A stretch of 64,000 nucleotides of DNA, taken from Dendronephthya gigantea (Eukaryota). Positions 12,096 to 22,912 of this stretch are shown here, piece by piece (position 1 is the first letter of the stretch; each line of letters starts with the position of its first letter). The DNA lies in contig NW_021163311.1 in assembly GCF_004324835.1 (NCBI RefSeq), positions 74,208 through 138,207 of the forward strand, given 5' to 3'. The translations under genes were made by a program, and so were the position numbers. The notes beneath the pieces were generated by a model. It saw only the letters and a list, made by a program, of their open reading frames with translations. It ran no database searches and was not told the DNA's origin.

Positions 12096-13041
12096 TTTCC
12101 GAGGAGAGAAGCAAGTTTTAATTTTGCTTGTGGATCATCTACCACTAGAAAGAAATATGGTGTAGAAATTCTTTGACAACAAAGCAAAAGTAGTTCATGG
12201 TTGACATGTATCGTATTTAGATCATACAGTTCCAGAATAACATCGGTGGTAAACCGCATAATATGGTAAACATACCATCATCAAAGCACATATCATCGCC
12301 TTCACTTTTATCATCATCATCATGTAAATCTGGGAAGAACAATTTGGAATTTCGAGAATCCACCTGACCTTATTTATGCCTCACTATATCACCTGAGTCA
12401 CTATTGATAGTTTCCGAGAACTTTCTTTGCAAGTCCTGGGGCCGGTTGTATCAAGCCCGTTTAGCTTAAACGGTGGATAAGTTCAAAATAGAAAGCAAGT
12501 TTATCGTTTTACTCAACAAGCAAACTAAATGTTTTCAACCTTAATACAAAGATACTGTTTACAACTACATATTCAGTGCATAATATTCAAGTTGACTCAT
12601 TCAAGAGAGATGTAAGAGTGTTATTTCATTTTGACTTATCCGCCGTTTAAGCTAAACGGGCTTGATACAACTGGCCCCAGATTTCCACGTCCTGTTTTCC
12701 ACCAGGCGAATTTATTCGCGTGACGCGAAGCGATATCTGAAATCGGGTTATTTGATTGCTTTGCGAAAAAAATCGCCGCGAAAAAGTAGAAACGCTTCTT
12801 AAGGCGGATTTCCACTTACAGCGAAATCGTTCGCTAGCGAAATATTTGCATATTTCCTTTTGAATTGAGAACAGTCAAGTCGAACTAATTTATTTATGCT
12901 GTTAAAATTCAAAAGAAAACATGCAAATATTTCGCTGGCGAACGATTTCGCTGTAAGTGGAAATCGGCCTTTACTTTTTATATGTTCGCGCGAAAGGGCT
13001 AACACCCCCCCGGTTTAAGTCAAACTTTTCAAGCTTCTTAC

Positions 13042-13160
13042 CTAATGTCTGTGCGTTCGTAGAGCTCGGAACAGGGGGAGGAGGGCGTGGTGGCGATGCT
13101 ACACCTTCTTCTTTAGCACTACGAGATGGAACACCTCGTCTCAAAGATTTTTTGGACCTT
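13042..13160 (-). CDS. Putative phase-1 exon (…RRGVPSRSAKEEGVASPPRPPPPVPSSTNAQTLG)
   Basis: Open minus-strand frame ending in donor TTAG|gtaagaagcttgaaaag. It is a paralogue of the exon at 11983-12095, and the donor flank is also shared with the micro-exon units. Confidence 0.3.
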
Positions 13161-13444
13161 AATTTTGCTCGTGGATCATCTACCAGTAAAAAGAAAGATG
13201 GTGAAGAAATTCTTTGATAACAAAGCAAAAGTAGTTCATGGTTGACATGTATCGTATTTAGACCATACAGTTCCAGAATAACATCGGTGGTAAACTGCAT
13301 AATATGGTTAACATACCATCATCACTGAATAATCCAAAGTCCATATCCTCGGCTTTACTTTCATCATTATCATCATGTAAATCTGAGAAGAACAATTTGG
13401 AATTTTGAGAATCCACCTGACCTTACTTATGCATCACTATATCA

Positions 13445-13683
13445 CAGAGTTGCAAAAAGAGTTCAACCTTCCTCCGGTAGGATTTCAAGTTTTGAAAACC
13501 TTCCTCAAAACGACGTTACGTCAGTGAGTCAAGTGGCAACCAGCATAAACAAATATTTGTTTTTTTAGTACATGCATGTGATCATTTAGAGTGCTCAACT
13601 TTTAACCTTCCTCACAAACCTCATTCAAAGCAAACCTTCCTCCGGGTGGTACCCGCATACCCGCTGCTTTTTTGCAACTCTGC
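13445..13683. mobile_element. hAT-like MITE (239 bp) with TIR cagagttgcaaaaa…tttttgcaactctg and 8-bp TSD ctatatca
   Basis: The TSD is at 13437-13444 and 13684-13691. The corresponding empty site is visible in the paralogous sequence at about 12405 (cactatatcacctgagtc). Confidence 0.7.
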
Positions 13684-13892
13684 TATATCACCTGAGTCAC
13701 TATTGATAGTCTCCGAGAATTTTCTTGCAATTCCAGGGGCGTAGCCAAACGGGGAATGGGGTGTTCGGACTTTCTCCCCCCTGTTGTAATTTTCGTCTAG
13801 TAACATGTAGAGCTTAGTATACTTAATGGTTGCCCCCTGTTAATCTTAGGCTGCTCCGCCTCTGTTTAAGTGAAACTTTTCAAGCTTCGTAC

Positions 13893-13952
13893 CTGGTGAG
13901 AATGTGTTCATAACTGGAAATTCAGTACTCAAAGATCGTCCGCTTGGTGCCC
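13893..13952 (-). CDS. Example 60-nt phase-1/phase-1 micro-exon (GAPSGRSLSTEFPVMNTFSPG) from the repeated exon array, probably the PARP4 disordered region
   Basis: tttctttttag|…CCAG|gtacgaagc on the minus strand. The same exon, with variants, recurs about every 0.5 kb through 13.9-16.4 kb. Confidence 0.4.
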
Positions 13953-14068
13953 CTAAAAAGAAAAATGATGTGGAAATACAATAATCAAGAGTGAATATGG
14001 AGACAGAAACACAATAATTAAGAGTGGATATGGAGAGTTAAATTTTTCAGTTTCATTGCAAGCCTCAC

Positions 14069-14110
14069 CTAGATCTGGAGGCAAATCATCAAGTTCTTCA
14101 ACATCATGTC
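14069..14110 (-). CDS. Example 42-nt phase-1/phase-1 micro-exon (HDVEELDDLPPDLG) from the repeated exon array
   Basis: cacag|GACATGATG…CTAG|gtgaggc on the minus strand. It recurs at about 15145 with identical sequence. Confidence 0.4.
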   Translation of the reverse strand, partial: DMMLKNLMICLQI

Positions 14111-16926
14111 CTGTGCATAACAAAATGAAAATAACAAATGAATAAACCGAAAGCAGATAATAATTTAGATATACTCATAAGCTAGACACCGTGGATTTTA
14201 GTAAGAGTTGATTTCATAAGTATCATTTAAATGATTTTAAACTTTTAATTGCGTTTACATACGCACAAAAAACACGAAAGTGGAAAACAACCCTTAACCT
14301 ACAAGCTAATTTACAAAGATTTCGTACTGTCTTGCTTCAAAGCATGAAATTTAAATTCTTGCAAGTTCAGGGGCGTAGCCAAACGGGAAATGGGGTGTTC
14401 TTAAGTGAAACTTTTCAAGCTTCTTACCTGTTGAGAATGTGTTTATAATTGGAAATCTAGGACTTAAAGAACTTTCCCTTGGTGGCACTAAAAGAAAAAT
14501 GATGTGGAAATACAATAATCAAGAGTGAATATGGAGACTGAAATTCTTTAGTTTCATTGCAAGCCTCACCTATATCATAAATATCTTCAAAATCATGTCC
14601 TGTGTATAACGAAGTGAAAATAACAAATAAATAAACCGAAAGCAGATAATAGTTTAGATATACTCATAAGCTAGACACCGTGGAAATTGGTAAGAGTTGA
14701 TTTCATAAGTATCATTTAAATGATTTTAAACTTTTACGTGCGTTTAGGTACGTATAAAAAACACGAAAGTGGAAAACAGCCCTTAAGCTACAAGCTAATT
14801 TACAAAGATTTCGTACTGTTTTGCTTCAAAGCATGAAATTTAAATTCTCGCAAGTCCAGGGGCGTAGCCAAACGGGAAATGGGGTGTTTTTAAGTGAAAC
14901 TTTTCAAGCTTCTTACCTGTTGAGAATGTGTTCATAATTGGAAATCCAGGACTTAAAGAACGTTCCTTTGGTGGCACTAAAAAGAAAAATGATGTGGAAA
15001 TACAATAATCAAGAGTGAATATGGAGACAGAAACACAATAATTAAGAGTGGATATGGAGACAGAAATACAATAATCAAGAGTGAATATGGAGAGTTAAAT
15101 TTTTCAGTTTCATTGCAAGCCTCACCTAGATCTGGAGGCAAATCATCAAGTTCTTCAACATCATGTCCTGTGCATAACAAAATGAAAATAACAAATGAAT
15201 AAACCGAAAGCAGATAATAATTTAGATATACTCATAAGCTAGACACCGTGGATTTTAGTAAGAGTTGATTTCATAAGTATCATTTAAATGATTTTAAACT
15301 TTTAATTGCGTTTACATACGCACAAAAAACACGAAAGTGGAAAACAACCCTTAACCTACAAGCTAATTTACAAAGATTTCGTACTGTCTTGCTTCAAAGC
15401 ATGAAATTTAAATTCTTGCAAGTTCAGGGGCGTAGCCAAACGGGAAATGGGGTGTTCTTAAGTGAAACTTTTCAAGCTTCTTACCTGTTGAGAATGTGTT
15501 TATAATTGGAAATCTAGGACTTAAAGAACTTTCCCTTGGTGGCACTAAAAAGAAAAATGATGTGGAAATACAATAATCAAGAGTGAATATGGAGACTGAA
15601 ATTCTTTAGTTTCATTGCAAGCCTCACCTATATCATAAATATCTTCAAAATCATGTCCTGTGTATAACGAAGTGAAAATAACAAATAAATAAACCGAAAG
15701 CAGATAATAGTTTAGATATACTCATAAGCTAGACACCGTGGAAATTGGTAAGAGTTGATTTCATAAGTATCATTTAAATGATTTTAAACTTTTACGTGCG
15801 TTTAGGTACGTATAAAAAACACGAAAGTGGAAAACAGCCCTTAAGCTACAAGCTAATTTACAAAGATTTCGTACTGTTTTGCTTCAAAGCATGAAATTTA
15901 AATTCTCGCAAGTCCAGGGGCGTAGCCAAACGGGAAATGGGGTGTTTTTAAGTGAAACTTTTCAAGCTTCTTACCTGTTGAGAATGTGTTCATAATTGGA
16001 AATCCAGGACTTAAAGAACGTTCCTTTGGTGGCACTAAAAAGAAAAATGATGTGGAAATACAATAATCAAGAGTGAATATGGAGACAGAAATACAAGAAT
16101 CAAGAGTGGATATGGAGAGTTAAATTTTTCAGTTTCATTGCAAGCCTCACTTGCATCATGTCTTGTGCATAACAAAGTGAAAATAACAAATAAATAAACC
16201 GAAAGCAGATAATAATTTAGATATACTCATAAACTAGACACCGTGGATTTTAGTAAGAGTTGATTTCATAAGTATCATTTAAATGATTTTAAACTTTTAA
16301 TTGCGTTTACATACGCACAAAAAACACGAAAGTGGAAGACAACCCTTAAGCCACAAGCTAATTTACAAAGATTTCGTATTGTTTTCCTTTAAAACTTGAA
16401 ATTTAAACATTCACTGAAGCTGGGAGAGTCTATGGAAAGTCTGCGAAATACAGATAATGTACAAACGTCGACAGAATATCGGTCGACTTTTACGCTACTT
16501 TTATGACTATTTTTGGACTAAATTTAATGACGGCAGAAGTCAGTGAATATGGAGACAGAAGTTCAATAATCAAGAGTGAATATGGAGAAGAATGTTGTGA
16601 ATACCCAGAGAACATTCCAAAGAACATTTCTCTACGTCCATATCAAAACAAAGCTCGCTTGACCCTCCACCGAAACCATAAATTTCTTCATCACCTGTTC
16701 ATGCCAGAGAAAAATAAGTTAATAATTTAGATTTACTGCGTATAGACAATACGTTCAGTTCTGGAGTAAAATGATAATATATATGTTATTTACCAGATTG
16801 GAGGTCCGTATAGGGAAATATTTCCCAAGGTCTCAAAAACAGCCCGAGGCTGAAGGCCGAGGGACGTTTTTGAGACCGAGGGAAATATTTCCATATACAG
16901 ACCGACTAAACTGGTAAATAATAGAT

Positions 16927-17073
16927 TTATTTTTTTTTCTTGCGGTCCGAATTCATATTTTAGCGTTGGCTATGTGCTTTTAAATCTCGCGCGGTCCGTA
17001 CGGCCTCATACGGACCGCTCGCGTAGTCAATTAGATTGCAGGGAACGCTAAAATATGAATTCGGACCGCAAGG
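16927..17073. repeat. Near-perfect palindrome or hairpin with 29-bp arms and a nested inner palindrome
   Basis: cttgcggtccgaattcatattttagcgtt … aacgctaaaatatgaattcggaccgcaag. The inner palindrome is gcggtccgtacggcctcatacggaccgc. Confidence 0.8.
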
Positions 17074-17385
17074 AAAAAAATAATATCCAGTGCGAAACGT
17101 TTAGATTGTCATAAATTTTCTTTACCAGAAGAATCATATAATCGAGGCGAACAATCGAAATCCGTAAATTCGGGAGAAAAATTACGCACCATCAAACCAG
17201 GATATGCAGGCTGCAAAAAATATTATTCATGTGAAATATGGCAAAGAGATAAAATATTTTTTAAGAGTTTCAGCACATTTAGGGACAGAAAATCATCCTA
17301 AGCTATATACTATAAATTCTACTGAAATACACGAATGTAGGTTAGGATTATGTTTTAGATTAGGTTCATGGTTGATGAGGGTTAG

Positions 17386-17425
17386 CCTTAATCCTTAATC
17401 CTTAATCCTAACCCTAATCCAAGGA
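17386..17425. repeat. Interstitial telomere-like repeat (CCTAA/CCCTAA)n, equivalent to (TTAGG/TTAGGG)n
   Basis: ccttaatccttaatccttaatcctaaccctaatcc. Confidence 0.7.
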
Positions 17426-17514
17426 CATGGAATTATTAACAATTTGGCTTTGAAGATGGCAGCCGAGTTATCGTTCCAGTCTAAGTAGAGTTCAGTGTTA
17501 CTTTATTAACAAAC

Positions 17515-17814
17515 CTCATGAGCTGCACCCAAAAGTTCATCAATATCACCAGAAGACAATGATTCCTCCTCTGATTCATCCTCTGAGTCCTCTGAATCCC
17601 CCTCTGATTCCTCATCGTCCTCCTCGAACCCAATATATCCCAAGATATCCACATCTTCTCCATCAAGAATTTCGTCGATGTCCGGCGCAGTTGTCGAATC
17701 AAAGGTCTCGCCTTCTTCACGCTTTTCAATTGCGACAAAACTTGTGAACTTTGACGTGACTGAGTATTTCTTGCTTATTTCAATAATATAATCTTTCCGA
17801 GATACCTTGACCGC
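17515..17814 (-). CDS. PARP4: PARP4-like exon with an acidic tail (AVKVSRKDYIIEISKKYSVTSKFTSFVAIEKREEGETFD...EEDDEESEGDSEDSEDESEEE...GAAHE)
   Basis: Acceptor ttttccag and donor CATGAG|gtttgt, 100 codons, phase 0-0. It matches PARP4 ...LITQFTSFVAVEKRDE.... The apparent stop codon lies beyond the donor. Confidence 0.6.
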
Positions 17815-18169
17815 CTGGAAAATAAGATTACAGCGTCGTTCAAGAACAATTACAAAATTAAACGTGAAAAAAAATTACGACAATTTTCCGTGAATTTCGA
17901 TGCAAAGCCTTGTTTACACCTGCGATTTTCCCTGATGTGCGATTTTCTCCATTTGATAGATGCGAATGAGTGAATAAGTTGCGGATGTTCAAATTAGGAG
18001 ACTTATTACTTATACATTAGAACATTGAAAGCTTTTGCTCGTTTCCATCTGTCAAAAGCAGAAAATCGCACTTATAAAATTGCAGCAAAAATTGCAAGTC
18101 TAAACGGGCCTAAACGTGGTGTTATAAGCATTTAGTTATAATCAAGGCTAGTGTTATTAACAGATTGTG

Positions 18170-18480
18170 ATTTTTTCCACTTCACTTGATGTAGGTAAAT
18201 TCTAGAGGTTGAAAGGGTCTTAATTTCGAGTGGAATTATACACACTTCAAATTCAAGCCAGGAAAAGTTGATGGAAAATGGGTCAACTATCGGTCCTCCG
18301 GCAGAGATGAACCTACGATGCAATGGTAGTGGTCTCAATGGCAAGAGCATTGCACCGGCATCGCAAAAACGTAGGTTCGATTCCTGCCGGAGGACCTATA
18401 GTTGACTCATTTTTTCATCAACTGTTCCTGGCTTGAGTTTGAAGTGTGTATAATTCCACTCGAAGTTAAGACCCTTTAAC
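18170..18480. mobile_element. Foldback element with about 115-bp arms, each carrying a tRNA T-arm-like motif (GGTTCGATTCC)
   Basis: tcaactatcggtcctccggcagagatgaacctacg … cgtaggttcgattcctgccggaggacctatagttga is a perfect inverted repeat. It has no complete cloverleaf, so it is not a tRNA gene. Confidence 0.5.
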
Positions 18481-18559
18481 CCTCTAGTGTTATTAACAAT
18501 CAAACAATATTTGAAATATCAGCTAAAACAATAAGTGCGGTGGTTCAGCCTTCACAGAC

Positions 18560-18721
18560 CTGGTGATGGAGGTGGTCTGGAGCAAGTAAACCTTCTTCCC
18601 AATCATTAATCAGTGCTCTGGCTGTCAGCTGATGCAAGGTTGAACCAGAGGTGATACTCAGTTCTGACGTTGAGACCATTGTTGAAATCTCCTTGCCATT
18701 GATCATAGCTTTTAATGTCGC
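18560..18721 (-). CDS. PARP4: PARP4-like exon (ATLKAMINGKEISTMVSTSELSITSGSTLHQLTARALINDWEEGLLAPDHLHHQ)
   Basis: Acceptor tttttccag and donor CAG|gtctgtg, 54 codons, phase 0-0. It matches PARP4 ATLCALIQEKEFRTMVSTTELQKTTGTMIHKLAARALIRDYEDG. Confidence 0.65.
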
Positions 18722-19016
18722 CTGGAAAAAAGAAATAAGAGATGATCCTTACTGTACCTCTAGGAAGAACAGCTTAGAACTGATAGAGCTAACCACTATA
18801 AATAAAGTTAGTTTAGTTTAGGTTTCCTCCTGTAGTAACACTTGATCAATAAGAGATGATCCTTTCTGGACCTCTAGGAAGAACAATTTAGAACTGATAG
18901 AGTTATCCAGTATAAATAAAGTTAGTTTAGTTTAGGTTTCCTCCTGTATTAACACTGGATCAGTAAGAGATGATCCTTACTGGACCTCCACGAAGAACAG
19001 TTCAGATCTCTTTACC

Positions 19017-19287
19017 TGGGTACAGTAAGGAACAAAGCCATACACCACTTGTCTCGAGCCATTGAAAAGCGACAATATTTGGCTTGGGGCCTGGATTGGA
19101 GTTGGTGCGTCATTATCAAACTGTTGCCAAGCAACAGATACTGACGTCAGAACAGGTTGTTGCGACCTCGAGATAAACGACTCTACTTTTCTTTTCCATT
19201 TTGACTTGACTTTCTCGTCAAAGTATTCCGAGGCACCGGCGCCAACTTTTGCCAAAGTCCGCAAGAAATAACGGTTTGCAGAAGAGC
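19017..19287 (-). CDS. PARP4: PARP4-like exon (SSANRYFLRTLAKVGAGASEYFDEK...SVSVAWQQFDNDAPTPIQAPSQILSLFNGSRQVVYGFVPYCTQ)
   Basis: Acceptor tttcgtag and donor CAG|gtaaagag. It is 271 nt, consistent with a phase-2 entry. It matches the PARP4 block SVSVKWQQLNPDVPEALQAPAQVPSLF.NDRLLVYGFIPHCTQ. Confidence 0.65.
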
Positions 19288-19965
19288 TACGAAATAGAAA
19301 GACATTGAATTCTAGTTTCTGCTAACTCGTTGCCGAGGTTCCTGTGTTTACATGGCCAGGAATGGACGACTTGCGCTTTAGACTAATTTCTTACCTCGGC
19401 GATAAAAAGGACATTTTCTGAAAATGCTTACGAAAATTTGCCAACTTCGCATGGCTATATTTTCCGTATTTTACAAAATTTCGCAGCCAAACTTTGCATT
19501 TGCACTAATTTAAGTAAGATCTTTCTAGCTGTGATGATTTATTTTCTTCTAGTTACTTCCATAAAAAATTAGTCTAAAGCGCAAATCGTCCATTGGTTTG
19601 AATGCTGTTTCAAAGATTTGTTATCGACAATAGTATTAGGCTAGACTAATTCCTGTATTCTAAAAGCTAGACTAACGCCTGTATTCTAAAAGCTCGCTCG
19701 CACTCAAACTCATTGAGTGGAAGATCTTAAACTTCTCATATCGTTTCCATAACGTTATTTTCAGTCGAATAGGGGCTTGATTTTCAGTGTTTTACCTTCT
19801 GCCTCCACCTATTTAGAAAGAACTTTCTTATTGTCCAGCATTAACAAAATATTTATGTCACAGTCAATGAGTGTGAGTGAGCTTTTTGGATATAGGTGTA
19901 TATCTCACTGCTTGTTCTAAGATCATTGACAAGTTTTCAAAGCCCAAAACAAAGAGATGTGCGTC

Positions 19966-20150
19966 CAGGGGCGTTATTAGAACGATAATTGGGGGGGGGG
20001 GGGGGGTCGAATAGTCATACATTCAGTTCTGCCCGACGGATTTCTATTGTAAGCTATTGCAATTACAAAAGTAATCCGTAAGGCAGAACTGAATATATGA
20101 ATAAATATTCACCCCCAAATTATCGTCCTAGTTACGCCACTGTGTGCGTC
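19966..20150. mobile_element. Small MITE or foldback with TIR ggcgttattagaacgataattggggg…cccccaaattatcgtcctagttacgcc and an inner hairpin
   Basis: It has an inverted repeat plus a 17-nt poly-G tract (19987-20003). It lies in a PARP4 intron. Confidence 0.45.
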
Positions 20151-20226
20151 TTTTGCATCAAGTTATATCATCTTGATACGCGTTACGCCGCCTTCAAAAT
20201 ATTCATTCATAAACACTGTAACTTAC

Positions 20227-20420
20227 CCTACACCAAACGTGAATATCCTGGTCTGAGCGAAGCCACTGGTTGCCAGTCTCAAAACCATCTCGGTTTCAGT
20301 CACGTGCCCATCACTGAGAATGCACACGTTCCTCACGTGGACATTGGATCTCACCGGTAGTAGACTTAAAGCTCTTAGAATCTTCCAGAGATCCGTGGCT
20401 CCCATATCACTGGTGCGGTT
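20227..20420 (-). CDS. PARP4: PARP4-like vWA exon (…DLWKILRALSLLPVRSNVHVRNVCILSDGHVTETEMVLRLATSGFAQTRIFTFGVG)
   Basis: Acceptor cctgtttag and donor GG|gtaagtta (phase 2). It has the vWA motifs ILSDG and RIFTFGVG. Confidence 0.7.
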
Positions 20421-20477
20421 CTAAACAGGAATGATAATGATTACATGAAGTTTCCATGACAGCTAAAGTACGCGTTA

Positions 20478-20740
20478 CTTGATAGTATTTTACTCTGTTT
20501 AATGTCAGATGATTTTACTCATCAGTGGAAGAGTACTGTCAGTTAATAAGTTAACAAAACTATCTGTCAATGTCTCTTGTTAACCCATTAGCTTGCAATG
20601 CACCCAGATGTGACCTACTTTAGTATTTTACTCTGTCTAATGTCAGATGATTTTAATCATCAGTGGAAGAGTACTGTCAGTTAATGAGCTAACAAAACTA
20701 TCTGTCAGTGTCTCTTGTTAACCCATTAGCTTGCAATGCA
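20478..20740. repeat. Direct tandem duplication, 2 x about 131 bp
   Basis: tactttagtattttactctgtctaatgtcagatgatttta…cttgcaatgcacccaga appears twice. Confidence 0.8.
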
Positions 20741-20813
20741 CCCAGACCTACTTTAGTATTTTATTCTCTTTCTAATGCTTGTCTAAAGTTGTTAAAACGC
20801 TATTTCCACCTAC

Positions 20814-20981
20814 TTTAACAAAAGCAGCAGCTTCTTTCAAACTTTTCTCCGTCTTCTCAACACTTGACGGAAATAATTCCAACCACTGGTTTCCAAAAGC
20901 AACGATATTAAATCTAGCGTTGGCTGGTAGTTTGTTCAGAGCAAGAAGAAAAATTTTCTTTGCATTGTCAATAGAAGTTCC
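20814..20981 (-). CDS. PARP4: PARP4-like vWA exon (GTSIDNAKKIFLLALNKLPANARFNIVAFGNQWLELFPSSVEKTEKSLKEAAAFVK)
   Basis: Acceptor gaatatag and donor AAA|gtaggtgg, 56 codons, phase 0-0. Confidence 0.7.
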
Positions 20982-21089
20982 CTATATTCATAAAAACGCG
21001 ATAAAATAGGTTTGAAAAATAAGAAAATTTACTCTGAAGCTTGAATCTTCCATTAAACTGAACGATATAAAGCCATGAATCGTTCTTAC

Positions 21090-21182
21090 CTTCATTGAGC
21101 AAGACACATCTAATAGGAAGATATATTCAACATTTTCAATCTGGTCTGCCTCGAATTCGGGATAAAAAGACAACATACAAGC
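21090..21182 (-). CDS. PARP4: PARP4-like exon at the start of the vWA domain (ACMLSFYPEFEADQIENVEYIFLLDVSCSMK)
   Basis: Acceptor tatctag and donor ATGAAG|gtaagaacg, 31 codons. LLDxSxSM is the vWA MIDAS motif. Confidence 0.65.
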
Positions 21183-21613
21183 CTAGATAAAAACAAAAAT
21201 GGCTGAAACGAAATGGCTGAACACAAAAAACAAAAACGGTTTTCGTGTCCTCATATAGGGGAACCTTTTGGGTGGAAAAGGCGATTATCGCTGAACGCGA
21301 AAAAAAACTCACAAATGCTTCAAAATTCTTTAGTGATATCAGACAGTAGAGTTTAGAACTTTCAGAGTTTTCTGACCGTAAAAGTGCTGGACAAATGAAG
21401 CAAGAAAGAATCGCTTAATTTTAACATCAAAATTATGGTAATCGATCGAAGTTTGTTTCCAGAGTTTTCTCACCGTAAACGTGCTGGACAAATGAAGCAA
21501 GAATCGCTTAATTTGAACATCTAAATTATGGTAATTGTTCGAAGTTTGTTTCCTTAAAGAATACGACCAGCATGCAGATTTTCTTTATTAGAAAGTCAGA
21601 AATGATATTCAAC

Positions 21614-21751
21614 CTGCGAGTCTGCGTTTTCGGGATGTCTCTCGGCCCACATTCGTGGAACGTGGATTTCCGCGAGACCGATCAACAATTGAAATCCATT
21701 GTCCAGTTTTTGGCCTTCCTTCATCTCCAGAACTGCTTTTGTTGCTGTTTT
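21614..21751 (-). CDS. PARP4: PARP4-like exon (KTATKAVLEMKEGQKLDNGFQLLIGLAEIHVPRMWAERHPENADSQ)
   Basis: Acceptor cttacag and donor CAG|gttgaata, 46 codons, phase 0-0. It matches the PARP4 segment ...HIGLSAAYLPRMWVEKHPEKESEA. Confidence 0.6.
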
Positions 21752-21794
21752 CTGTAAGAAACAATAGACATTTGAGTGTGTGCACGGGCGGTTG

Positions 21795-22110
21795 GTACAT
21801 GAGGTAGGGGGTGTAGAGGTGGCGTGTAAAGGTGGGGGTACAGAGATGGGGGTGTAGAGTTGGGGGTGCAGAATGGGGATGTAGATAGAGGTCGGGGTGT
21901 GGAGGTGGGGGTGTAGAGATGCGGTGTAGAGGTGGCGGCTCAGAGATGGGGGTGTAGAGGTGGGGGTGTAGAGATGCGGTGTAGAGGTGGCAGCTCAGAG
22001 ATGGGGGTGTAGAGTTGGGGTGTAGAGATGCGATGTATATAGGTGGGGGTACAGAGATGGGTGTGTAGAGGTGGGTGTGTAGAGGTGGGGGTGTAGGGGT
22101 GGGGTGTAGG
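21795..22110. repeat. G-rich minisatellite with a unit of about 15 bp (ggtgggggtgtagag and variants)
   Basis: Tandem degenerate copies. They are read through on the minus strand as a spurious proline-rich ORF. Confidence 0.8.
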
Positions 22111-22118
22111 CCACAAAC

Positions 22119-22241
22119 CTTTAATCTAACAGCGTGTGTAGGACAGTCCAGTGTTCTTATATCGAACGGCATCTCAACAGCAATTTGAACAGAAAGATCA
22201 CAAGAATTATCATCACCAGCTTGAAAACTCTGAAGAATATT
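22119..22241 (-). CDS. PARP4: PARP4-like exon (NILQSFQAGDDNSCDLSVQIAVEMPFDIRTLDCPTHAVRLK)
   Basis: Acceptor tatag and donor AAAG|gtttgtgg, 41 codons. The 187-aa ORF 21609..22172 in the track is this exon fused to a read-through of a G-rich minisatellite. Confidence 0.6.
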
Positions 22242-22254
22242 CTATAGTACGGAA

Positions 22255-22700
22255 AACACCACAGTCAATTTAGAGGAAACATAAACTAAACTAACTTTAT
22301 TTATACTGGATAGCTCTATCAGTTCTAAACTGTTCTTCCTAGAGGTCCAGTAAGAATCATCTCTTATTGATCCAGTGTTACTACAGGAGGAAACCTAAAC
22401 TAAACTAACTTTATTTATACTGGATAGCTCTATCAGTTTTAAACTGTTCTTCCTAGAGGTCCAGTAAGGATAATCTCTTATTGATCCAGTGTTACTACAG
22501 GAGGAAACCTAAACTAAACTAACTTTATTTATACTGGATAGCTCTATCAGTTCTAAACTGTTCTTCCTAGAGGTCCAGTAAGGATCATCTCTTATTCATC
22601 TAGTGTTACTACAGGAGGAAACCTAAACTAAACTAACTTCATTTACACTCGATAGCTCTATAAGTTCTAAACTGTTTTTACTATGAGCTTCACTATCGAT
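22255..22700. repeat. 118-bp satellite array (about 4 units), reverse orientation
   Basis: Same unit. Confidence 0.85.
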
Positions 22701-22747
22701 CATTTCTACCACAGCAATACAAAACTAAACTATACGTAAAATCGTAC

Positions 22748-22912
22748 TTGTGTGCTTTCTTTCAGCGCCTGATCACGTGACCATGGTGCGAGGGAACCGG
22801 GGAGACTGAACACTATATTTTCATCTTCAACAGCAAGCTCAGCAACGTAAGTTATCTTGATCAAGACGGTCGCTCCGGGAGGGATATTACCAACACTAAC
22901 CGTAAACACATC
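22748..22912 (-). CDS. PARP4: PARP4-like VIT-domain exon (DVFTVSVGNIPPGATVLIKITYVAELAVEDENIVFSLPGSLAPWSRDQALKESTQ)
   Basis: Acceptor catcgcag and donor CAA|gtacga, 55 codons, phase 0-0. The VIT motif FTVxVGNxPPGxxVxIKITY is present. Confidence 0.7.

Larger units (their letters stand above)
13860..16400 (-). repeat. Tandem array with a ~1.05-kb higher-order period (two alternating ~0.5-kb unit variants), each unit carrying symmetric micro-exons
   Basis: The motif caggggcgtagccaaacgg recurs at 13735, 14372, 14860, 15425 and 15915. The spacing alternates about 490 and 565 bp, and 14372->15425 and 14860->15915 are near-identical. There are also internal ~30-bp sub-repeats (aatcaagagtgaatatggagacagaa). 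Confidence 0.7.

Noticed and set aside
13860-16400. Regularly spaced direct repeats that could superficially suggest a CRISPR-like or prokaryotic repeat-spacer array
   Set aside because: The units are about 0.5 kb, not 25-40 bp, and the 'spacers' are themselves repeated. The units carry GT-AG micro-exons, and the whole window has eukaryotic gene structure, so no prokaryotic defence locus is present.
17515-17814. Acidic exon read as the C-terminal exon of the VIT-vWA gene, because an in-frame stop follows GAAHEVC
   Set aside because: A consensus donor (CATGAG|gtttgt) precedes the stop. Clearly PARP4-like exons, including the conserved C-terminus, lie further downstream at 3782-3884 and 3082-3386.
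18290-18400. Possible tRNA gene, from the GGTTCGATTCC T-loop motif
   Set aside because: No acceptor, D-arm or anticodon-arm geometry can be built. The motif occurs in both arms of a long perfect foldback, so this is a tRNA-derived repeat and not a gene.
21609-22172. 187-aa proline/histidine-rich ORF on the minus strand
   Set aside because: Only its first roughly 41 codons (22119-22241) form a bona fide exon ending at a GT donor. The rest is a read-through of the G-rich minisatellite on the opposite strand.
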